From the NCBI GenBank assembly GCA_045648705.1, contig JAZROO010000038.1:1-51365 (forward strand): a stretch of DNA of 51,365 nt, in the 5' to 3' direction. A program made the translations under genes and the position numbers. The notes beneath the pieces were generated by a model, which saw only the letters and a program-made list of their open reading frames with translations, was not told the DNA's origin and did not search any database. Of the stretch, positions 1 through 13,485 are shown in pieces. This DNA is from Eubacteriales bacterium (lineage in GTDB: Bacteria; Bacillota; Clostridia; Oscillospirales; QAKW01). The number at the start of each line of letters is the position of its first letter. Positions within the stretch are counted from its first letter, which is position 1.

Positions 1-3603
<3,603 letters not shown>

Positions 3604-3763
3604 AAAAACGCTCACTCCATTTCTTTTTTACAACGCCTGCAGAAAAGTCCCAAACTCTTTCCCACAGCTCATTTCTAACACATTTTTGCTTTGGAATATC
3701 GCCTTGTCAAATCGTCAAAATAATATAACAAAGGCATTATATTCCATTATGATACAGTATAAT

Positions 3764-3792
3764 ATTCTAACATAGGTTTTTTATCAAGTCAA
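3764..3792 (-). promoter_or_regulatory. sigma-A promoter of rpoB
   Basis: Minus strand TTGACT-17 nt-TAGAAT with extended TG. Confidence 0.7.
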
Positions 3793-3820
3793 GCACAAAA
3801 ACAAAAAAACTTGAATATAT

Positions 3821-3849
3821 TTGACAATTATTTTTTCTTTATATATAAT
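3821..3849 (+). promoter_or_regulatory. sigma-A promoter of the aroC-like gene
   Basis: Perfect TTGACA-17 nt-TATAAT. Confidence 0.8.
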
Positions 3850-3881
3850 TAAGGAAAGAAATCTAAGTTTTGGAGGACTGT

Positions 3882-4904
3882 ATGTCATCAATAATCGGCA
3901 AAAATTTTACCGTTTCGCTTTTCGGAGACGGTAATTCAGATGTAGTAGGCGCTGTAATTGAGGGGCTTCCGTGCGGATTTGCTCCCGACACTGCTTTGCT
4001 TAAAACCATCGGTGAATATAAAATTGTCAGTGGTATGCATAACGAAAAGTGCAGCGGAACACCGCTTTGTGTCCTGTTCCCCACACCCAAACAACCCAAA
4101 CTTACCGAAACGGTTTCGAAAGATATTATGCGCCCTGCGCTTGATGACCTCGGTGAATATAAAAAATCCGGTGGCAAAATGGTACTTCGAAACGGCCATC
4201 ACTATGCCGCCTTGTTGCAACAAGCAATTTTATTTGCAGGAGAACTTGCCTGTCAGTTGCTTGGGGAGAAAAACATTCACGTTTACTCGCATATTCTGCA
4301 ACTGGGTGAAGTGAGTGATGATTCCTTTGCGGAAATTTCCCGTTTGCAAGATATACTCCCCTCTCTGTCCAAAGGCGAACTCCCTGTGATTGACAAGCGC
4401 AAAGAAATGCTGATGAAACTTGCCATCACCCAAGCGCAAAACAACGATGATACCTTAGGCGGCAAAATCGAAGCCACCGTTACAGGTCTTGACGCCGGTG
4501 TGGGCGATGCTATTTTTGCAGGACTGAAAAGCCGACTTTCTCAGTCGCTTTTTGCCTTACCACAAATCTGCGCCTTAGAATTCGGCAAAGGTGTTGGCGC
4601 CGCCGCCATGACCGGCAGTGAATACAACGACCTTCCTTTTATGGACACCACTTGCGGCAAAGCAGTGACGCAAACCAACCATTGCGGCGGCATTGAGGGA
4701 ACGATGAGCAACGGTATGCCCTTGTTGCTTACCGCAACTTTTGCCCCCTCCCCTTATATTGCCAAAGCGCAGGGCTCAGTACATCGCAGTGAACAACGCG
4801 GTGCCACCCTGCCGCCATTTGAGTCCCCTGTGTTCGATTTCAAAATCAAAAACGAACTGGTACGTGCAGTAATTGCTATTACCATTATTGACGCTTTAAA
4901 ATAA
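3882..4904 (+). CDS. Chorismate synthase (AroC) homologue with degenerate catalytic motifs
   Basis: AroC scaffold visible (SGTPLC, MRP, DTLGGKIE, GLDAGVGDAIF, LEFGKG, GSEYND, TNHCGGIEGTMSNGMP), but GESHG, RPGHAD, SGR and RHDPC motifs are replaced. ATG 3882 follows GGAGG. Confidence 0.8.
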   Translation: MSSIIGKNFTVSLFGDGNSDVVGAVIEGLPCGFAPDTALLKTIGEYKIVSGMHNEKCSGTPLCVLFPTPKQPKLTETVSKDIMRPALDDLGEYKKSGGKMVLRNGHHYAALLQQAILFAGELACQLLGEKNIHVYSHILQLGEVSDDSFAEISRLQDILPSLSKGELPVIDKRKEMLMKLAITQAQNNDDTLGGKIEATVTGLDAGVGDAIFAGLKSRLSQSLFALPQICALEFGKGVGAAAMTGSEYNDLPFMDTTCGKAVTQTNHCGGIEGTMSNGMPLLLTATFAPSPYIAKAQGSVHRSEQRGATLPPFESPVFDFKIKNELVRAVIAITIIDALK

Positions 4905-4939
4905 TTATAGTTTAAAAACCTATACCCAAGGAGTAAAAA

Positions 4940-6697
4940 ATGAAAAAAGCTTTCCGCCCCCTTACCTTTCTTTTATGTGTTTTTCTGTTACTGAGTGCTC
5001 TGCCACTGAGCGCCGCGGCAACCGAAACTACGCCACCGCCCGTTGATCCCATTGAAGCACTTCCCTTTACCGTAACCCACTTCTTTTCCTCGGCTGAATA
5101 TGACGAAAGCACACATACCATAAATTTCTTCGTTCCGGACGACATTACCGAATTGGAACTGACTTTAGTGTTTGACGAAGGCTTTAGCGGAACCCTTTAC
5201 GCTGACCCTGCACTCACTCAGCCTGTAAAAATAAATAAACAGGGAAATTTCAATGTAAAACCCGCGCAAATGCACACTTATTTATATATAAAATGTAACC
5301 AACAAGCCGATATCACGTATTGCCTCGATATCATTTCATTTCGTACACCGATAGAATATCGGGACGATCATCTCGTTGCCGATTGGGCGCGCGTATATGT
5401 TAATTACTGCAATGAGTTGGGCTATGGCATCATCTGCGGTGACCAAAACGGCAATGCAAACCCCAATCACCCCCTGACCCGTTATGAGATTGCTACGATT
5501 GCCGCCAAAATGTCGGGGACTGACACATCGCTCTTTTCCACGTCCAAGCTTCCCTACAAAGACAGCATTGCTTCCTGGGCAAAACCGAGTGTCAATGCCA
5601 TGACCGTTTTAGGCATCATCAGCGGACATAAAGTGCAAAAGAATCTTTATTACTACGGCAGTGACAACGTCACTCGTGAGCAAGTCGCCAAGATTATGGT
5701 GGAACTGGCACTTTTAAAAGAGAACACTCATAAAAGCGCCACTAAGCTTTACAAAGAAAACAAACAAGCCTATGACAAGGCACTGTCTGAATTTGCAGAC
5801 GTTAAAGACATTTCAAATTGGGCAGTGCCTTATATGGCACTTGCCGTCAGTCACTACAAATTTCTCAGCGGTTCCAAGGAAAAAGGTGCTCTTTACTTAA
5901 ATCCCAAAAAAGACATCACCCGCCAAGAGATGACAGCTATTGTAGCAAGAGAACTCAACTATGACATTAATGCTCTTTTAGAAAATCTGCTGACCAAGGT
6001 AAAAAGTTCTCTTGACTCTACCAACAAGCCAAAGTCTGAACTTGTGGCAGTTAAGAATGCCTTTAGTAAGGCACAGTCTGCTTTTCAAAGTTCTTCCAAG
6101 CGCAAAAAAGAAAACGCTTACGTTGATTTGTACATTGAAGCCAAAGATGCCTTTCATCGCTACGTGGTATATCTGAGTCCATCCAATCAAATGACCAATC
6201 CCTATACCGGAGTAGATACGAACGAAGGTGCGCAGATGCAAGCGGTAGCCGACTTGCTCAAACCGATGCTTGAAAAAATGGGATTTGTCGTTTACATTGC
6301 CGACCCCAACTCCAATATACGCGTAAGAGATAAAGATGCGCTCAAGAAAAATGCTGACATTTACGTTGCCATTCATTCCAATGCAACTACCGGCGCCAAC
6401 AACGGCGGCTATCAAGGATCTCTTGTTTTCCATTCCAACAATGCCGGCAGTAAAGAATTGGCAGAAAGCGTCAGCAAATACCTCACCAAGCTTACGCCAA
6501 CCAAAGACAACGGCATCGAAAACGATTCTCTGGCATCGATTCCCTTTGTAGAAATCCGACAACCCGTTATGGCCAACATATTGGCAGAAGTTGAATTCCA
6601 CGATTATCCGACTTATGCCAATTGGATCGTAAACAACAAAAAGAAACTTGCCGAGGCTTTTGCAAAAGGCATTTGGGAATATTTCTATAAAAGTTAA
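4940..6697 (+). CDS. Secreted SLH-domain N-acetylmuramoyl-L-alanine amidase (Amidase_3 family)
   Basis: Signal peptide; three SLH-like repeats (PLTRYEIA, NVTREQVA, DITRQEMT); C-terminal amidase motifs VAIHSNA and LAEVEFHD. Confidence 0.85.
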   Translation: MKKAFRPLTFLLCVFLLLSALPLSAAATETTPPPVDPIEALPFTVTHFFSSAEYDESTHTINFFVPDDITELELTLVFDEGFSGTLYADPALTQPVKINKQGNFNVKPAQMHTYLYIKCNQQADITYCLDIISFRTPIEYRDDHLVADWARVYVNYCNELGYGIICGDQNGNANPNHPLTRYEIATIAAKMSGTDTSLFSTSKLPYKDSIASWAKPSVNAMTVLGIISGHKVQKNLYYYGSDNVTREQVAKIMVELALLKENTHKSATKLYKENKQAYDKALSEFADVKDISNWAVPYMALAVSHYKFLSGSKEKGALYLNPKKDITRQEMTAIVARELNYDINALLENLLTKVKSSLDSTNKPKSELVAVKNAFSKAQSAFQSSSKRKKENAYVDLYIEAKDAFHRYVVYLSPSNQMTNPYTGVDTNEGAQMQAVADLLKPMLEKMGFVVYIADPNSNIRVRDKDALKKNADIYVAIHSNATTGANNGGYQGSLVFHSNNAGSKELAESVSKYLTKLTPTKDNGIENDSLASIPFVEIRQPVMANILAEVEFHDYPTYANWIVNNKKKLAEAFAKGIWEYFYKS

Positions 6698-6698
6698 T

Positions 6699-6736
6699 AA
6701 AAAACAGACCCTCCAATTTGGAGGGTCTGTTTTTTT
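6699..6736. terminator. Bidirectional intrinsic terminator
   Basis: AAAAAACAGACCCTCCAA-T-TTGGAGGGTCTGTTTTTT between convergent genes. Confidence 0.9.
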
Positions 6737-6745
6737 AAGATATAG

Positions 6746-9700
6746 TTATTCTGTTCTGAGAGCAACAACAGGATCTTTCTTTGCCGCACTCTTAGCAGGA
6801 ATGACACCGGAAATCAACGTCAGCACCATACTGATAGCAATCAGCAAAAGCGCAACCTCTATCGGCAAATAGGCGCTTAAGTTGGGAATGCCTGTCAGAT
6901 AATGGATAATCGCATTGATGGGAATACATAGCAAATACGTCACCAACACACCGATAAGTCCCGAGGTAAATCCAATAATAATCGTTTCCGCATTAAACAT
7001 ACTTGAAACGTTTTTCTTGGAGGCACCAATGGCACGTAAAATACCAATTTCTTTGGTACGCTCCTGCACGGAAATCAAGGTGATAACACCAATCATAATC
7101 GAAGAAACCACCAAAGAGATTGCCACAAATGCAATCAAAACATATGTGATGGCATTGATAATAGTAGTAATAGAACTCATCATGATGCCGACATAGTCGG
7201 TATAATGAATCTGCGAAAGTTCTTCTACCGACTCGTTATACTCCGCAATCACCGACTCGATCACGTCTTTGTCTTCAAAGGTGGCGGCATAAAGATTAAT
7301 ACTGGCAGGATCATCGAGATTGACAAACCCAAGTTCTGTCAGATTTTCTTCATAAGTGCTTTCCGAAAACTCCAGCACCTCATCGTGATACAAAGCAAAT
7401 TGCTCATAGGAATAGTCAGGCATTTCTCTATCGAGCATTGCCGCAAGTTGTGCCTTGGGCACGGGCGCCAACTGCGCTTGTACCTGCGCCGCCATTTGCG
7501 CCTTCACCTGCTCGGCAACCATCTGTTCAATCAGTGCATCCAGATCTTCGTCACTTATATCGGATATATATTTCTCAATTTCCTCTTCACTCATACCGAC
7601 CTGCGCACTCATGGCCTCTGCGAGTTTTTGTTCCATCTGCTCTCGGTCCATGGTACCTTTAACTTGCTTTACAGCATTGTCGATTTGCTCATCGGAGGGA
7701 ATGCTCTTGATCTCTACATATACATTTGCTTTTTGCTCGGTATCAAGTTTTTCTATATATGCCTTAAATTCACTTTTCTTTTCAGCATCGGTCAGGCTAC
7801 CGGTCGTGGAGTGAAACGGAAGACCTGTGAAAATATCCATCTTTTTATCGGTCAACTGTGCGCGAACAGAATCTGCTTTCTTGCCTTGCTCGACAACATA
7901 ATCCGTCAGCTTCTTGGTGTATCCGATAGAGCCTGTCAGCATATGGGAAGTGGCGTTTTCACTGGGACGGATAATGCCGCTGACCTTCAGTTTCATCGCA
8001 TTGTCATAAAGATAACGAAGGCCTGAATCGGTCGTTCTGAGATCGGTATATAAACCGCTGCTTTTATCCAGTGTATAGCAATCCGAATTCAGTACAACGC
8101 GAAACTCCATATCGCAAATTTCCTTATAGCTCCAATTGCGCTTTTTCGTGTCATACTTTTCTTTGTTTTTAACGGCTTCAAACACAGCATCTATCTCTGC
8201 CTTGGTCTCCAGACCCAAAGCATACAGTGTCAGATCGTCCAATTCGTTATTTTCATCTACGACAAGTACAATTTCATCTCTGGAATTCGGCCAAGAGCCA
8301 TAAAGCAAGTCGTACTGACTTTCCAGCACAGGACTGATCAGTGCGCCGTCTTTGCCCGTAAGCATTTCGTTCCACATTTTTGTGCCGCCGCCCATCATCG
8401 GCATAGATGCGGCAGAATCCATTGAAAAGCCCATCGTTTCCCCTGCATTCATCATGGCATTCATATCCAAATCAAGATTTTCTGCCAATGCCTTTTGCAA
8501 AAGTTCTTGGGTATCGGAATAAACGATGTCACCGTTTTCATCCTTTGTATATACTAACAAATCAAAATCGTAAGTATATTGCACACCGCTTAAAGCGTTA
8601 TAAAGTTCGCCCGTTTCTTCCCCTTGTTTCATTTGGCGCTCAATATATGATTTAAAGGATTTCAGGTCGTTTTTCTTATCCTCCATATTATTAAGGGCGG
8701 TAATCATATCCACCATTACCGACTGCGAATACACTTTATCCTTATCGTGCTTCACGGTGTTTTCGTCAGCTACTCCCATAAATGTCTGCATCAAAGTGGT
8801 AATATCCACCGTGGTGGCTTCAATCGTCAAAGGATAAGATGCAAGTGTATCTTCCTGCACCCCGTCGATATACCCCGTCATACCATTGGATACCGCATAA
8901 ATCAGGGCAATACCGATAATACCGATGGAGCCTGCAAAAGATGTCAAAATCGTTCTGCCCTTTTTGGTAAACAGGTTTTTCAGAGAAAGACCAAAGGACG
9001 TCGCAAAAGACATCGACGGCTTTTTCTCTCTCTTTTTAGCTTTTTTGTTGCTCGGTGCGGGAGCAATCTCCTGCTTCTCAACGGGGGCAGTGTCGGACAA
9101 AATGTTACCGTCAAGCATTCGCACGATTCTGGTGGAATACTGCTCGGCAAGTTCGGGGTTATGGGTTACCATAATAACCAGACGGTCACGGGAAATTTCT
9201 TTTAAAATCTCCATTACCTGAACACTGGTTTCGCTATCAAGTGCGCCTGTCGGCTCGTCCGCCAATACGATATCGGGATTGTTGACAATCGCACGGGCAA
9301 TGGCAACACGTTGCATCTGACCGCCCGACATTTCGGAAGGCTTCTTTTTCAGTTGGTCTGCAAGACCTACTTTTTCAAGTGCTTCTTTAGCACGGCGCCG
9401 TCTTTCCTTTTTGGAAACGCCCGACAAACTGAGCGCAAGTTCCACATTTTGCAATACGCTTTGGTGCGGAATCAGATTATAATTTTGAAATACAAAACCG
9501 ACAGAGTGGTTGCGATATGCATCCCAATCCCTGTCTTTATAGTTTTTAGTGGAAACACCACCGATTACCAGATCACCGCTGCTATACTGGTCAAGACCAC
9601 CAATGATATTAAGCATCGTGGTTTTGCCGCAACCGCTCGGACCCAGAATGGAGACAAATTCGCTTTTACGAAAACGCAGTGAAACACCGCGCAAAGCATG

Positions 9701-9754
9701 TACCGTAGTATCTCCCATCTGATAATCTTTACAAATATTACTAAGAGTAAGCAT
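6746..9754 (-). CDS. ABC transporter ATP-binding/permease fusion (MacB/FtsX family)
   Basis: Walker A GPSGCGKTT, MSGGQMQR, LADEPTGALD; C-terminal FtsX permease (SVQERTKEIGILRAIGA, AAKKDPVVALRTE). Confidence 0.93.
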   Translation of the reverse strand: MLTLSNICKDYQMGDTTVHALRGVSLRFRKSEFVSILGPSGCGKTTMLNIIGGLDQYSSGDLVIGGVSTKNYKDRDWDAYRNHSVGFVFQNYNLIPHQSVLQNVELALSLSGVSKKERRRRAKEALEKVGLADQLKKKPSEMSGGQMQRVAIARAIVNNPDIVLADEPTGALDSETSVQVMEILKEISRDRLVIMVTHNPELAEQYSTRIVRMLDGNILSDTAPVEKQEIAPAPSNKKAKKREKKPSMSFATSFGLSLKNLFTKKGRTILTSFAGSIGIIGIALIYAVSNGMTGYIDGVQEDTLASYPLTIEATTVDITTLMQTFMGVADENTVKHDKDKVYSQSVMVDMITALNNMEDKKNDLKSFKSYIERQMKQGEETGELYNALSGVQYTYDFDLLVYTKDENGDIVYSDTQELLQKALAENLDLDMNAMMNAGETMGFSMDSAASMPMMGGGTKMWNEMLTGKDGALISPVLESQYDLLYGSWPNSRDEIVLVVDENNELDDLTLYALGLETKAEIDAVFEAVKNKEKYDTKKRNWSYKEICDMEFRVVLNSDCYTLDKSSGLYTDLRTTDSGLRYLYDNAMKLKVSGIIRPSENATSHMLTGSIGYTKKLTDYVVEQGKKADSVRAQLTDKKMDIFTGLPFHSTTGSLTDAEKKSEFKAYIEKLDTEQKANVYVEIKSIPSDEQIDNAVKQVKGTMDREQMEQKLAEAMSAQVGMSEEEIEKYISDISDEDLDALIEQMVAEQVKAQMAAQVQAQLAPVPKAQLAAMLDREMPDYSYEQFALYHDEVLEFSESTYEENLTELGFVNLDDPASINLYAATFEDKDVIESVIAEYNESVEELSQIHYTDYVGIMMSSITTIINAITYVLIAFVAISLVVSSIMIGVITLISVQERTKEIGILRAIGASKKNVSSMFNAETIIIGFTSGLIGVLVTYLLCIPINAIIHYLTGIPNLSAYLPIEVALLLIAISMVLTLISGVIPAKSAAKKDPVVALRTE

Positions 9755-9786
9755 ACTCTACCCTCTTTCTGAAGAATATAGAATTA

Positions 9787-9815
9787 ATTATAATTAAAAG
9801 CTATAAACAAGTCAA
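9787..9815 (-). promoter_or_regulatory. sigma-A promoter of the ABC transporter
   Basis: TTGACT-17 nt-TATAAT on the minus strand. Confidence 0.7.
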
Positions 9816-9880
9816 TAATCCCACCGGAAAATTCATACTCTTGTAATAATTTTTGACAAAAATGTGACCGACTAAACCAT

Positions 9881-9914
9881 AAAAAATACCGACAGGCTCA
9901 GCCTGTCGGTATTA
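9881..9914 (-). terminator. Intrinsic terminator of the hydrogenase operon
   Basis: AATACCGACAGGC/GCCTGTCGGTATT stem followed by a U-tract on the minus strand. Confidence 0.85.
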
Positions 9915-9923
9915 TTAAGTTTC

Positions 9924-11663
9924 TTAATACTTTTTACGGGCAACGTAAGAAGTGTGCAAGATCTTGTGAGCTTTATGGCTGCCGGGTTTCTCAAAGTACT
10001 CATCATATACCGCTTTAACAACGGGGTTTTCATGACTCTTTCTGAGAGGAGCCGCTGCATCAATATCATACAGTACCTTTGCGCGCAGTGCACGAACATC
10101 GGTAAAGTTGGTCACAGAAGCCGGTTGAATCGGCTGACCGCCACCGTTGACACAACCGCCGGGACAACCCATCACCTCGATAAAGTGGTAATTCTTTTCA
10201 CCGCTCTTAACTGCATCCAAAATCTTTGCCGCATTGGCTGTACCGGAGCAAACGCAAACGTTGATATCCATACCGTTTACATTGTAGGTAGCTTCCTTGA
10301 TGCCTTCAGTACCGCGCACCTCAACGAAATCAACAGAGGGAGCTTCCTTACCGGTAAGTACTTCTACAGCAGTTCTGAGTGCCGCTTCCATAACACCGCC
10401 GGTAGCACCGAAGATAACACCTGCACCGGTGTATTCACCGAGCGGATTGTCATATTCAGCATCAGGCAGACTGGGCAGATCAATACAAGCTTTCTTCAGC
10501 ATTTTTGCAAGTTCTCTGGTGGTGATGGAAACATCAACATCCGGATAACCGCTTGCATCCTGATCGTCTCTGCCAAGCTCAAACTTCTTGGCAACACAAG
10601 GCATTACACTGACACATACGATATTCTTGGGATCCAGATTGTTCTTTTCGGCATACCATGTCTTTGTAACCGCACCAAACATCTGTTGGGGAGATTTGCA
10701 AGAAGACAGGTTTTCGATAAATTCGGGATAGTAGTATTCGCAGAACTTAACCCAACCGGGAGAACAAGAGGTGATGATGGGCAGTTTGCCGCCGTTTTGA
10801 ACACGGTCGATAAACTCGGTTCCCTCTTCCATAATGGTGAGGTCTGCGGTAAAGTTGGTGTCAAACACCTTGTCAAAACCAAGCATCTTAAGACCTGCAA
10901 CCATCTTACCTTCTACATTGGTACCGATGGCAAGCCCAAATTCTTCACCGAGTGCTGCACGAACAGCAGGTGCGGTTTGAACAATAACAGTCTTTTCCGG
11001 GTCATTAAGTGCATCCCAAACCTTAGCGGTATCGTCCTTCTCGGTAAGAGCACCGGTGGGACAATTTACGATACATTGACCGCAAGAAATACAGGGACTG
11101 TCTGCCAGATTGTCTTCAAATGCGCAGTTGATGCTGGTAGCAAAACCTCTTTCAACCGCACCGATAACGTTAACGCCCTGATTGTGATTACAAACAGCTA
11201 CGCAACGACGGCAGAGAATACACTTGGAATTGTCGCGGATCATATGGGGAGCACTGTCATCTACCACAGAGGGAGTTTTGGCGCCATCAAATCTTCCGCA
11301 ATCCTCAACACCGAAATCTTTTGCCATCTTTTGCAGTTCGCAGTTGTCACTACGTACGCAAGAAAGGCACTTTCTGTTGTGGTTGGAGAGGATAAGCTCC
11401 AAGGTTGTTTTTCTTGCTTTGATAACGGCAGGAGAATTTGTATAAACCTCCATACCTTCATTTACGGGGTAAACACAAGCGGCAACCAGACTTCTGGCAC
11501 CTTTAACTTCGACCACGCAGATACGGCAAGCGCCGATCTCGTTAATCTTTTTCATATAGCAGAGTGTAGGAATTTCAACGCCAACGGTTTTGGCAGCTTC
11601 CAAAATGGTCGTGCCCTTCGGAACCGTAACATCAATTCCGTTAATCTTCAGATTTACATTCAT
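9924..11663 (-). CDS. hydA: [FeFe]-hydrogenase catalytic subunit (group A, multimeric NAD-linked; HydA/HndD)
   Basis: N-terminal 2Fe-2S, His-ligated 4Fe-4S and 2x4Fe-4S motifs; H-cluster motifs TSCSPGW, MPCVAKKFE, EVMGCPGGCVNGGGQP. Confidence 0.96.
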   Translation of the reverse strand: MNVNLKINGIDVTVPKGTTILEAAKTVGVEIPTLCYMKKINEIGACRICVVEVKGARSLVAACVYPVNEGMEVYTNSPAVIKARKTTLELILSNHNRKCLSCVRSDNCELQKMAKDFGVEDCGRFDGAKTPSVVDDSAPHMIRDNSKCILCRRCVAVCNHNQGVNVIGAVERGFATSINCAFEDNLADSPCISCGQCIVNCPTGALTEKDDTAKVWDALNDPEKTVIVQTAPAVRAALGEEFGLAIGTNVEGKMVAGLKMLGFDKVFDTNFTADLTIMEEGTEFIDRVQNGGKLPIITSCSPGWVKFCEYYYPEFIENLSSCKSPQQMFGAVTKTWYAEKNNLDPKNIVCVSVMPCVAKKFELGRDDQDASGYPDVDVSITTRELAKMLKKACIDLPSLPDAEYDNPLGEYTGAGVIFGATGGVMEAALRTAVEVLTGKEAPSVDFVEVRGTEGIKEATYNVNGMDINVCVCSGTANAAKILDAVKSGEKNYHFIEVMGCPGGCVNGGGQPIQPASVTNFTDVRALRAKVLYDIDAAAPLRKSHENPVVKAVYDEYFEKPGSHKAHKILHTSYVARKKY

Positions 11664-11681
11664 GATTTTATGTTCCTTTCC

Positions 11682-13472
11682 TTACTTCTTGATAATGGCG
11701 CCGAACTTACAACCATCCACACAAGCGCCGCACTTGATACACTTGGATTGATCAATTTCATGCAATTGCTTAACTGTACCATTAATAGCATTTACAGGAC
11801 AGTTACGGGCACACTTGGTACAACCGATACACTTATCGGTAATGACGAACTGTACCAGTTTCTTACATACGCCTGCAGGACATCTCTTTTCTTCGATATG
11901 AGCAACATACTCATCACGGAAGAATCTCAAAGTAGAGAGAACGGGGTTGGGAGCAGTTTGTCCCAAACCGCACAGGGAGTTGCTCTTGATATGATTGCAA
12001 AGTGCTTCCATATCTTCAAGATCCTGCATCGTTGCCTGACCGGAAGTGATTTTCTCAAGATACTCAAGCAGTCTCTTGGTACCGATACGGCAAGGAGTAC
12101 ATTTACCGCAAGATTCATCAACTGTGAACTCAAGGAAGAACTTAGCGATGTCTACCATACAGTTGTCCTCGTCCATAACGATCAGACCGCCGGAACCAAC
12201 CATCGCACCGACTGCTGCCAGAGATTCATAGTCAACCTTGGTATCAATCAGAGAAGCAGGGATACAACCGCCGGAAGGACCACCCATCTGAGCTGCCTTA
12301 AATTTCTTACCGTCGGGTACACCGCCACCGATGTCTTCAACGATTTCTCTAAGGGTAGTACCCATGGGAATCTCAACCAGACCGGTGTTCTTAATCTTAC
12401 CGCCCAAAGCAAATACTTTGGTACCCTTGGAGTTTTCAGTACCCATGGAAGCAAACCAATCAGCACCCTTGAGGATGATTTGAGGAATGTTTGCATAGGT
12501 TTCAACGTTGTTGTTCATTGTGGGGATATCGAAAATACCTTTCTCAGAGGGGAAAGGAGGACGGGGACGAGGCTCACCGCGGTTACCGCCGATAGAGGTC
12601 ATCAAAGCAGTTTCTTCACCGCAAACGAATGCGCCTGCGCCAAGTCTGAGTTCGATATCAAAGTTAAAGCCGGTACCAAAGATATCCTCACCGAGCAGAC
12701 CGTAATCTCTTGCCTGCTTAATGGCAATCTCTAAACGATGGATTGCAATAGGATACTCAGCACGAACGTAAATGAAACCACGGCAAGCGCCAACAGCATA
12801 AGCGGCAATTGCCATTGCTTCCAGAACTGCGTGGGGGTCACCTTCCAGAACGGAACGGTCCATAAATGCACCGGGGTCACCCTCGTCAGCATTACAGCAT
12901 ACATATTTAACATCAGCGATGGTTTTGGCAGCCAAAGACCATTTAAGACCTGTCGGGAAGCCGGCACCGCCGCGACCCTTCAGACCGGAATCGGAGATGC
13001 ACTTGATAACGTCTTCGGGTTTCCACTCGGTCAGTACTTTACCCAAAGCGGCATAACCGTCTACTGCGATGTACTCTTCAATGTCCTCAGGATTGATAAC
13101 ACCGCAGTTACGCAGTGCTACACGCTGCTGTTTGGCATAGAAGTTGGTTTCGTTGAGGGATTTGGTAACGCCGCTTTCGGCATCTACTGTTTCCTCATAT
13201 AAGTATTTTTTAACAATTCTACCCTTGATAATGTGCTCACTTACGATTTCGGGCACAAACTCAGGGGTCATACGGCTGTAGAATGCGCCTTCGGGATACA
13301 CGATCATAATCGGACCCAATGCACACAAACCGAAACAACCGGTGGTAACGACTTTAACTTCGTCTTGCAGGTTGTTTGCTGCCAACTCATCGTTGAGCGC
13401 TTTAACGATCGCCGGTGCGTTGGAAGAGGTACAACCGGTACCTTCACATACAAGAATATGACTTCTAACCAT
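11682..13472 (-). CDS. hydB: Hydrogenase diaphorase subunit (NuoF-like; HydB/HndC)
   Basis: GRGGAGFPTG, NADEGDPGAFMD, FVCGEETAL, GGPSGG, ESCGKCTPCR, C-terminal 2x4Fe-4S. Start MVRSH at 13472 after AAGGAGGAG. Confidence 0.95.
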   Translation of the reverse strand: MVRSHILVCEGTGCTSSNAPAIVKALNDELAANNLQDEVKVVTTGCFGLCALGPIMIVYPEGAFYSRMTPEFVPEIVSEHIIKGRIVKKYLYEETVDAESGVTKSLNETNFYAKQQRVALRNCGVINPEDIEEYIAVDGYAALGKVLTEWKPEDVIKCISDSGLKGRGGAGFPTGLKWSLAAKTIADVKYVCCNADEGDPGAFMDRSVLEGDPHAVLEAMAIAAYAVGACRGFIYVRAEYPIAIHRLEIAIKQARDYGLLGEDIFGTGFNFDIELRLGAGAFVCGEETALMTSIGGNRGEPRPRPPFPSEKGIFDIPTMNNNVETYANIPQIILKGADWFASMGTENSKGTKVFALGGKIKNTGLVEIPMGTTLREIVEDIGGGVPDGKKFKAAQMGGPSGGCIPASLIDTKVDYESLAAVGAMVGSGGLIVMDEDNCMVDIAKFFLEFTVDESCGKCTPCRIGTKRLLEYLEKITSGQATMQDLEDMEALCNHIKSNSLCGLGQTAPNPVLSTLRFFRDEYVAHIEEKRCPAGVCKKLVQFVITDKCIGCTKCARNCPVNAINGTVKQLHEIDQSKCIKCGACVDGCKFGAIIKK

Positions 13473-13485
13473 GTTTTGCTCCTCC

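Noticed and set aside
10745-10775. HydA P1 motif TSCSPGW instead of TSCCPGW
   Set aside because: Common variant in clostridial multimeric [FeFe]-hydrogenases; not evidence of inactivation or novelty.
9954-12734. 926-aa plus-strand ORF spanning hydA and hydB
   Set aside because: Antisense shadow of two codon-biased genes that happen to share a frame across an 18-bp gap.
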